Source: a virus (Duplodnaviria; Heunggongvirae; Uroviricota; Caudoviricetes). From it: a stretch of 4,660 bases of DNA. The notes beneath the pieces were generated by a model. It was not told where the DNA came from. It saw nothing but the letters and a program-made list of their open reading frames with translations, and did not search any database. Made by a program: the position numbers and the translations under genes. Positions 1 through 4,589 of this stretch are shown here, piece after piece (position 1 is the first letter of the stretch; every line of letters starts with the position of its first letter). The DNA lies in IMG/VR virus record IMGVR_UViG_2695420699_000005; one strand, given 5' to 3'.

Positions 1-657
1 GATGGGCGTCTAAGTTACCAATTCTCGTCTGATGGCTACATACGGCGGTCAGTTTACGCTTACATGAATGGCACACAGGAGCGGGAATTATCTCTGGCTG
101 AATTATCCTGGTGGGCGGTCCGCAATCAGGTGGCGGACGCGCTACCGGAAGCTGTATTACGTCGTTCACTGGGGTTGCGTGCGGAAAAAATCCGCTCCTT
201 GTACCGCGAAAGCGACATCGTACCGGGAGAGCAGACCGCCACCAGCATACTGAAGCAGCGCACAAAAAATCTTGCGCCGTTGCTTCACACCCACCAGCCA
301 CAGAACCCAGCACAGGAAAAGGCGGTGGTCAGCATTACCGTTGATCCGGAGTCACCGGAATCATTCATGAAGCGGCCTAAACGTCGCCGCTGGGTGAATG
401 AGAAATATACGAGCTGGGTGAAGACACAGCCGTGTGCGTGTTGTGGTCAGCCAGCCGACGATCCCCATCACCTGATTGGTCACGGTCAGGGAGGGATGGG
501 AACAAAATCTCACGATATTTTCACGCTACCGCTGTGTCGGGAGCATCACAACGAGCTTCATGCGGATCCGCTGGCGTTCGAAGAAAAGCATGGTTCTCAG
601 GTTGATTTAATTTTTCGTTTTCTTGATCACGCCTTTGCAACTGGCGTGCTTGGGTAA
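1..657 (+). CDS. DUF968-like zinc-ribbon / HNH-like protein, probably 5'-truncated by the window edge (first in-window ATG at 64)
   Basis: ORF 64..657 ends in a Cys/His cluster (CACCGQPADDPHH ... LPLCREHHNELH) that I recall as the conserved C-terminus of DUF968 proteins (YdfU-like) of lambdoid prophages. The frame has no stop from position 1 to 63, so the gene likely starts upstream of the window. No convincing Shine-Dalgarno precedes the ATG at 64. Position directly upstream of rusA and Q fits the nin region. Confidence 0.6.
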   Translation, partial: DGRLSYQFSSDGYIRRSVYAYMNGTQERELSLAELSWWAVRNQVADALPEAVLRRSLGLRAEKIRSLYRESDIVPGEQTATSILKQRTKNLAPLLHTHQPQNPAQEKAVVSITVDPESPESFMKRPKRRRWVNEKYTSWVKTQPCACCGQPADDPHHLIGHGQGGMGTKSHDIFTLPLCREHHNELHADPLAFEEKHGSQVDLIFRFLDHAFATGVLG

Positions 658-669
658 AAGAGGTGACTG

Positions 670-1029
670 ATGCTCATAGATTTGGTTTTACCTTACCCGC
701 CGACGGTGAACACTTACTGGCGACGCCGTGGCAGCACATATTTTATCTCGGAGGAGGGAAAGCGTTATCGCCGGGCTGTGGCGCTTATTGTTCGCCAGCA
801 GCGGCTGAAATTAAGCCTGTCCGGAACGCTGGCGATAAAGGTGATTGCAGAGCCACCGGATAAGCGTCGTCGCGACCTGGACAACATTCTGAAAGCACCG
901 CTGGATGCGCTGACGCATGCGGGAGTGCTCATTGATGACGAGCAGTTTGATGAAATCAATATTGTACGTGGTCAGCCAGTATCTGGTGGACGGCTGGGTG
1001 TGAAGATTTACAAAATTGAGAGTGAGTGA
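670..1029 (+). CDS. rusA: Holliday junction resolvase RusA (crossover junction endodeoxyribonuclease)
   Basis: 119 aa ORF with an AAGAGG Shine-Dalgarno about 7 nt upstream of the ATG. Size and the acidic motif DKRRRDLDNILK match my recollection of E. coli RusA (about 120 aa, DRRRRDLDN catalytic region). Canonical position just upstream of Q. Confidence 0.85.
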   Translation: MLIDLVLPYPPTVNTYWRRRGSTYFISEEGKRYRRAVALIVRQQRLKLSLSGTLAIKVIAEPPDKRRRDLDNILKAPLDALTHAGVLIDDEQFDEINIVRGQPVSGGRLGVKIYKIESE

Positions 1030-1568
1030 GCGTAAATATGATATATCCGGAAATTACAGGCAAAAGCGGCGAACATTTACGCCTGAACACGCTGGAAGCA
1101 GTCTGGATCCAGGGGAAATTACGGATGTGGGGGCGGTGGTCGTATATCGGTGGGGGTAAATCCGGAAATATGTTTAACCGGTTACTGGTTTCGAAAAAGC
1201 TGACGAAAACAGCAGTTAATGAGGTTTTACGCAGAATGAAGAAATCCGGGCTGGAAAAACCGGAACTTGAGGCATTTTTTCGGGATATGACAAGAGGAAA
1301 GCAGAAGAGCTGGTTGTCACATTGTACAGACACAGAGGCGTTGATTATTGATCGCGTTATCAGTGAGGTGCTTGGGGAATATCCCGGGCTAATCAATATT
1401 CTCCGGCAAAGGTACGAAGGACGGGGAATGAGTAAGAGAAAAATGGCAGAATGTTTAAATCGTACTCACCCGGAATGGTGTTTCAGCACATGTGAGAAAC
1501 GTATTGCAGGTTGGTTAGCCGTGGCTGAACACATGCTTTATGTACCTATGCACGATTCATTTCGATAA
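1026..1568 (+). CDS. Q-like late-gene antitermination protein (alternative start ATG at 1038)
   Basis: 180 aa ORF whose GTG start at 1026 overlaps the rusA stop (GTGA), with an ATG alternative at 1038. The gene after rusA in lambdoid phages is Q, and it is followed here by a structured leader and terminator-like hairpins as expected for a Q-acting region. The sequence looks by eye like Q-family proteins but the family was not verified. Confidence 0.6.
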   Translation: MSVNMIYPEITGKSGEHLRLNTLEAVWIQGKLRMWGRWSYIGGGKSGNMFNRLLVSKKLTKTAVNEVLRRMKKSGLEKPELEAFFRDMTRGKQKSWLSHCTDTEALIIDRVISEVLGEYPGLINILRQRYEGRGMSKRKMAECLNRTHPEWCFSTCEKRIAGWLAVAEHMLYVPMHDSFR

Positions 1569-1664
1569 AAAAAGCTTGCTTTTTTACGCAGAAACAGCTT
1601 GAATTCCTGTAAGCTTCGCAAAGCTGTATCGCGAGGCGAAATGCAAGTTTTTTCGCACAAGGAA

Positions 1665-1686
1665 GCCACCGGAAGGTGGTTTTTTT
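1665..1686 (+). terminator. Candidate intrinsic terminator (possible tR'-like target of Q antitermination)
   Basis: 5-bp GC-rich stem CCACC/GGTGG (1666-1670 / 1675-1679, optionally extended by G1665) closing a GGAA tetraloop, followed directly by a run of seven T (1680-1686). Lies about 100 nt downstream of the Q stop codon. Confidence 0.4.
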
Positions 1687-1809
1687 GTGTCCGTAATATA
1701 CAGCAGCGCAATAAATTCGCTGGTGGTTATTAATACCGTTCTTTCAGGTTGCTGGCTTTTTCGACAAGAGTTATTGGTGTGTCACGTTAACCGGAAAAGG
1801 GAAAAAGAC

Positions 1810-2007
1810 ATGCTGAAACAGCAGGATATGACAGAAACCGCCAGAGTGGTGTTTAATGAATTAAGCGTTACCGACCCGGCGACAGTCGGGGAGATTGCGC
1901 AGAATACTTACCTTTCACGCGAACGCTGCCAGTTAATACTGACCCAGCTGGTTATGGCGGGTCTGGCAGACTATCAGTTTGGTTGTTACAGACGCCTTCA
2001 GTCCTGA
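1810..2007 (+). CDS. Small winged-helix / HTH DNA-binding protein (65 aa), hypothetical
   Basis: Internal ATG at 1810 of track ORF 1687..2007, with an AGGG Shine-Dalgarno 8 nt upstream. The stretch TVGEIAQNTYLSRERCQLILTQLVMAGLADY looks like a helix-turn-helix/wing segment. The part of the ORF upstream of 1810 is less protein-like and overlaps the leader hairpins. Confidence 0.5.
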   Translation: MLKQQDMTETARVVFNELSVTDPATVGEIAQNTYLSRERCQLILTQLVMAGLADYQFGCYRRLQS

Positions 2008-2020
2008 AGGCTTTTTTATT
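1994..2020 (+). terminator. Rho-independent terminator overlapping the stop codon of the small wHTH gene
   Basis: 7-bp stem GCCTTCA/TGAAGGC (1994-2000 / 2005-2011) with loop GTCC, followed by TTTTTTATTT (2012-2020). Confidence 0.55.
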
Positions 2021-2034
2021 TGTGGTAAATGGGC

Positions 2035-2065
2035 GGCTGGTGGGTGTAAGGGGCACCCACCAGCC
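2035..2065 (+). repeat. Perfect 12-bp inverted repeat GGCTGGTGGGTG-N7-CACCCACCAGCC; each arm contains a Chi octamer
   Basis: Read directly: 2035-2046 is the exact reverse complement of 2054-2065, with a 7-nt spacer TAAGGGG. GCTGGTGG lies at 2036-2043 and its complement CCACCAGC at 2057-2064. No U-tract follows, so it is not a typical terminator. Confidence 0.85.
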
Positions 2066-2157
2066 ATCTGCTCATGCGTTGGGTTCACAAGCAAACCTCA
2101 GGCCCACTGCTTTGCGCAAAAGCAGAATGAGCCTATCAGAGACAGGCTTAATGATCC

Positions 2158-3207
2158 ATGCTTAATACTGTAAAAATATCCAGTTGTGAGTTAATCAACG
2201 CCGACTGCCTGGAATTTATGCGGTCGTTACCCGAAAATTCTGTTGACCTGATAGTCACGGACCCGCCGTACTTCAAAGTGAAACCCGAGGGCTGGGATAA
2301 CCAGTGGGCGGGTGATGAAGATTACCTGAAGTGGCTGGACCAGTGTCTTGCGCAGTTCTGGCGGGTGCTGAAACCTGCCGGAAGTCTTTACCTGTTCTGT
2401 GGCCATCGTCTGGCATCTGACACCGAAATCATGATGCGTGAGCGGTTTAACGTGCTGAACCATATCATCTGGGCAAAGCCGTCCGGACGCTGGAACGGGT
2501 GCAACAAGGAAAGCCTGCGGGCGTATTTCCCCGCCACAGAGCGCATTCTGTTCGCAGAGCATTATCAGGGGCCGTATCGTCCGAAAGATGCCGGGTATGA
2601 GGCGAAGGGTAGGGCACTGAAACAGCATGTGATGGCCCCGCTGATTGCTTACTTTCGTGATGCGCGCGCTGTCCTGGGGATAACGGCAAAACAGATTGCA
2701 GATGCCACAGGAAAGAAAAACATGGTGTCGCACTGGTTCAGTGCCGGTCAGTGGCAGCTGCCGAACGAAAGCGATTATCTGAAATTACAGGCACTGTTTG
2801 CCCGGGTGGCAGAAGAGAAGCATCAGCGGGGTGAACTGGAAAAGCCCCACCACCAGCTGGTGGATACGTATGCCTCTCTGAACCGACAGTATGCGGAGCT
2901 GCAGAGTGAATATAAGCATCTGCGGCGGTATTTTGGTGTGACGGCGCAGGTGCCGTACACGGATGTGTGGACACATAAACCGGTGCAGTTCTATCCCGGG
3001 AAACATCCGTGCGAAAAACCGGCAGAAATGCTGCAGCAGATAATCAGCGCAAGCAGTCGTCCGGGTGACCTGGTTGCAGATTTTTTTATGGGCTCAGGTT
3101 CAACGGTAAAAGCGGCACTGGCGCTCGGGCGTCGTGCAATTGGCGTTGAGCTGGAGACTGAACGTTTTGAGCAGACAGTCAGGGAAGTTCAGGATTTAAT
3201 CGTTTGA
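2158..3207 (+). CDS. DNA methyltransferase, beta-class (motif IV DPPY N-terminal, motif I FxGSGS C-terminal), probably N6-adenine; orphan, with no adjacent restriction endonuclease
   Basis: 349 aa ORF with VDLIVTDPPYF near the N-terminus (2245-2274) and DFFMGSGSTVKAALALGRRAIGVE near the C-terminus. That motif order (IV then I) is the beta permutation of amino-MTases, and DPPY favours N6-adenine over N4-cytosine (often SPPY). The antisense ORFs inside it are low-complexity and treated as artefacts. Confidence 0.85.
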   Translation: MLNTVKISSCELINADCLEFMRSLPENSVDLIVTDPPYFKVKPEGWDNQWAGDEDYLKWLDQCLAQFWRVLKPAGSLYLFCGHRLASDTEIMMRERFNVLNHIIWAKPSGRWNGCNKESLRAYFPATERILFAEHYQGPYRPKDAGYEAKGRALKQHVMAPLIAYFRDARAVLGITAKQIADATGKKNMVSHWFSAGQWQLPNESDYLKLQALFARVAEEKHQRGELEKPHHQLVDTYASLNRQYAELQSEYKHLRRYFGVTAQVPYTDVWTHKPVQFYPGKHPCEKPAEMLQQIISASSRPGDLVADFFMGSGSTVKAALALGRRAIGVELETERFEQTVREVQDLIV

Positions 3208-3218
3208 AACGGATGAGA

Positions 3219-3247
3219 TTGCAGAATTAATTTCGCACCATTATTAT
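3219..3247 (+). promoter_or_regulatory. Candidate sigma70 promoter for the tRNA cluster
   Basis: TTGCAG (3219-3224), 17-nt spacer, TATTAT (3242-3247), which would start transcription a few nt before the tRNA 5' end at 3257. The -35 is weak; pattern match only. Confidence 0.3.
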
Positions 3248-3256
3248 TCTGGTCCC

Positions 3257-3332
3257 GGCCCTTTAGCTCAGTGGTGAGAGCGAGCGACTCATAATCGCCA
3301 GGTCGCTGGTTCAAATCCAGCAAGGGCCACCA
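3257..3332 (+). tRNA. ileZ: tRNA-Ile2-like (anticodon CAU, ileX/ileZ type; formally could read as tRNA-Met)
   Basis: 76 nt with acceptor stem GGCCCTT/AAGGGCC, D-arm AGCTCAGTGGTGAGAGC, anticodon loop CTCATAA, T-loop TTCAAAT, discriminator A and encoded CCA. Near-identical by recollection to E. coli ileX (tRNA-Ile LAU). A phage tRNA-Ile of this type next to a tRNA-Arg is the arrangement known from Stx-type lambdoid phages. Confidence 0.9.
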
Positions 3333-3339
3333 TCACATA

Positions 3340-3419
3340 CCGCCATTAGCTTATCAGGAAGAGCAGACGACACCATAACAGGGTTGTTGGTGCGGGGGCG
3401 GGTCCCCGATGGCGGTCCA
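3340..3419 (+). tRNA. tRNA-like element, non-canonical (possible pseudo-tRNA or argN-position remnant)
   Basis: Perfect 7-bp acceptor-type pairing CCGCCAT (3340-3346) with ATGGCGG (3409-3415), then T and CCA (3416-3419). Plausible D-arm GCTT-ATCAGGAA-GAGC and a 5-bp GC stem CGGGG/CCCCG directly abutting the 3' acceptor strand. However the T-loop is a non-consensus 6 nt (GCGGGT) and no canonical anticodon stem-loop could be drawn. Confidence 0.35.
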
Positions 3420-3432
3420 TTATCGGTATTCT

Positions 3433-3509
3433 GCGTTGTTAGCTCAGCCGGACAGAGCAATTGCCTTCTAAGCAATCGGTCACTGGTTCGACTCCACTAC
3501 AACGCGCCA
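3433..3509 (+). tRNA. argO: tRNA-Arg (anticodon UCU, reads AGA)
   Basis: 77 nt with acceptor GCGTTGT/ACAACGC, D-arm AGCTCAGCCGGACAGAGC, anticodon stem-loop ATTGC-CTTCTAA-GCAAT (anticodon TCT), T-loop TTCGACT, discriminator G and encoded CCA. One C-C mismatch in the T-stem. Resembles E. coli argU. Confidence 0.85.
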
Positions 3510-3522
3510 CACTTATTTTCCA

Positions 3523-3546
3523 GGCTCGCTTCGGCGGGCCTTTTTT
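3523..3546 (+). terminator. Rho-independent terminator downstream of the tRNA cluster
   Basis: 7-bp stem GGCTCGC/GCGGGCC (one G-U pair) with a UUCG tetraloop (3530-3533), followed by TTTTTT (3541-3546). Confidence 0.6.
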
Positions 3547-3678
3547 GTATCTGCGCCACGCCCGGTGCATATCAACCACAGAGCCTTTCGGGGGTGAGCT
3601 TACGGAGTGGTCAGTGTGACTTTCTCTGTGGGCAGATCGCTCCCGGGCGTTGGCTCACCCACCCAAAGGAACGTCACG

Positions 3679-4111
3679 ATGTTTGGTATTTTTGGTAAAA
3701 AAAGCCCGCAGAGCGGCAACGGAAATTAAAAAGTTTGAAAAACGCGATCTGGCACAGGTGGTGATTAACGCCGCATACCTGGTGGCCTGTGCAGATGGTG
3801 AATGTGAGGCTTCCTAGAAAGCGAAGATCGAACAGGTACTGCGTAATCAGCCTGCGCTGTCCGCGTTTACGTCAGAAATTAATGCGATTAGCGCAACCAT
3901 TATCGGTCAGCTGGATACGAACTTTAAAATTGGTCGTCGTGCGGCGTTACGTGAGATCGAGGATGTGAAACACGATACGCGTGAAGCGGAAGATGTGCTG
4001 GATGTGGCGGTGGCCATTGCGGAGGCAGACGGCGAAATTGAGCCGGAAGAGCGCAAGGTGCTGGAAGAGATTGCCGGTGTTCTGGGTCTTCGTCTGGAGA
4101 ATCACCTGTGA
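3679..4111 (+). pseudogene. TerB-like (tellurite-resistance TerB family) gene disrupted by a frameshift in an A7 run and an in-frame amber codon
   Basis: ATG at 3679 with an AGGA Shine-Dalgarno 8 nt upstream reads MFGIFGKK then stops after 16 codons. Shifting +1 at the A7 run (3697-3703) continues as ARRAATEIKKFEKRDLAQVVINAAYLVACADGECEAS, hits TAG at 3815-3817, then continues KAKIEQVLRNQPALSAF...VAIAEADGEIEPEERKVLEEIAGVLGLRLENHL to TGA at 4109-4111. The composition is strongly protein-like and the ADGE...EE...L pattern resembles TerB-type domains, which I recall being annotated at this position in enterobacterial prophages. Confidence 0.5.
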
Positions 4112-4275
4112 CGGTAAAACTGCGCCTGACTGTGGCTGCACTCCTGCTGTTTCTGGTGGTGATGGTGGATTTCACCAGCAGAATCATGTCGGTGCTGGCG
4201 GATGGGGTGCTGGTCTGCGGCATTGTGGTATTGCTGTGGCCGGTGATAAAAAGAAACAGCCTGCATAATGCTTGA
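4108..4275 (+). CDS. Small hydrophobic membrane protein (about 55 aa, two predicted TM helices), translationally coupled to the TerB-like frame
   Basis: GTG start at 4108 overlaps the TerB-frame stop (GTGA). Translation VTVKLRLTVAALLLFLVVMVDFTSRIMSVLADGVLVCGIVVLLWPVIKRNSLHNA has two hydrophobic segments and ends at TGA 4273-4275. Track ORF 3981..4268 is in another frame and is W/R-rich and non-protein-like. Not in the ORF track under this frame; start codon uncertain (internal ATG alternatives exist). Confidence 0.4.
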   Translation: MTVKLRLTVAALLLFLVVMVDFTSRIMSVLADGVLVCGIVVLLWPVIKRNSLHNA

Positions 4276-4476
4276 TTTTTTTGTTTGCTGTTTATTAAAA
4301 ACACTTCTGCATGGTGAATCCCCCTGTGCGGAGGGGCAATCAGCGAGTAGGTATATGGGATAATCGCGGATTCAGGTGCTGGTACTGAATTCACCGGGAG
4401 GCACCCGGCACCATGCTTTGCCACAAAAGTGTTATTTCTGTTTTTCTCAAACTATCATCGTTATCCCTTTATTTCC

Positions 4477-4503
4477 GGCTGCGCATGGCGCGGCCTTTTT
4501 TTT
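4477..4503 (+). terminator. Rho-independent terminator
   Basis: 8-bp stem GGCTGCGC/GCGCGGCC (one G-U pair) with 3-nt loop ATG, followed by eight T (4496-4503). Confidence 0.6.
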
Positions 4504-4589
4504 ACGACCAGCCACTGGCAGATGGTCATCCTGTGATTTGATTCCGGTTCCGGCTTTTTAACTCTGTTCCTGTACACGGGAGAAATTCG

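Noticed and set aside
68-959. Overlapping alternative-frame ORFs 68..253, 111..344, 663..863 and 765..959 (minus)
   Set aside because: They lie within or antisense to the DUF968 and rusA coding frames, which carry recognisable motifs. Their translations are Arg/Gly/Ser-rich artefacts.
956-1396. Minus-strand 146-aa ORF antisense to the Q-like gene
   Set aside because: Antisense to a well-placed Q-like gene, Ser/Ile/Phe-rich and low-complexity, with no RBS. Not supportable as a gene.
1572-1616. Cluster of HindIII (AAGCTT at 1572 and 1611) and EcoRI (GAATTC at 1601) sites, suggesting a cloning-vector polylinker
   Set aside because: The flanking sequence is continuous with natural phage genes, and these hexamers are just the palindromic cores of the leader hairpins. 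No other vector-like features are present.
1687-1809. N-terminal extension of the wHTH ORF from the track start at 1687
   Set aside because: The first 41 codons begin inside the T-run of the upstream terminator and are less protein-like. The internal ATG at 1810 has a good Shine-Dalgarno, so the shorter 65-aa product is preferred, though the longer form cannot be excluded.
1979-2173. Two small plus-strand ORFs (1979..2173, 1983..2165) across the MTase leader
   Set aside because: They run through the terminator hairpin and the 12-bp inverted repeat, lack ribosome-binding sites and overlap each other in different frames. The region is better explained as structured non-coding leader.
2227-3006. 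Four minus-strand ORFs (2227..2733, 2465..2689, 2738..2974, 2785..3006) inside the methyltransferase gene
   Set aside because: They are antisense to a motif-supported CDS and their translations are low-complexity (P/S/R/H-rich) without recognisable motifs or start signals. Typical shadow ORFs of a GC-rich gene.
3384-3698. Plus-strand ORF of 104 aa spanning the tRNA cluster
   Set aside because: It overlaps both the tRNA-like element and the tRNA-Arg gene as well as the terminator hairpin. The translation is Cys/Ser/Leu-rich and non-protein-like, and it has no ribosome-binding site.
3924-4424. Minus-strand ORFs 3924..4424 and 3947..4141, and plus-strand ORF 3981..4268
   Set aside because: The plus-strand TerB-like frame and the coupled small membrane ORF explain this region with far more protein-like composition. 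These alternatives are Pro/Ser/Arg/Trp-rich, as expected for off-frame or antisense readings.
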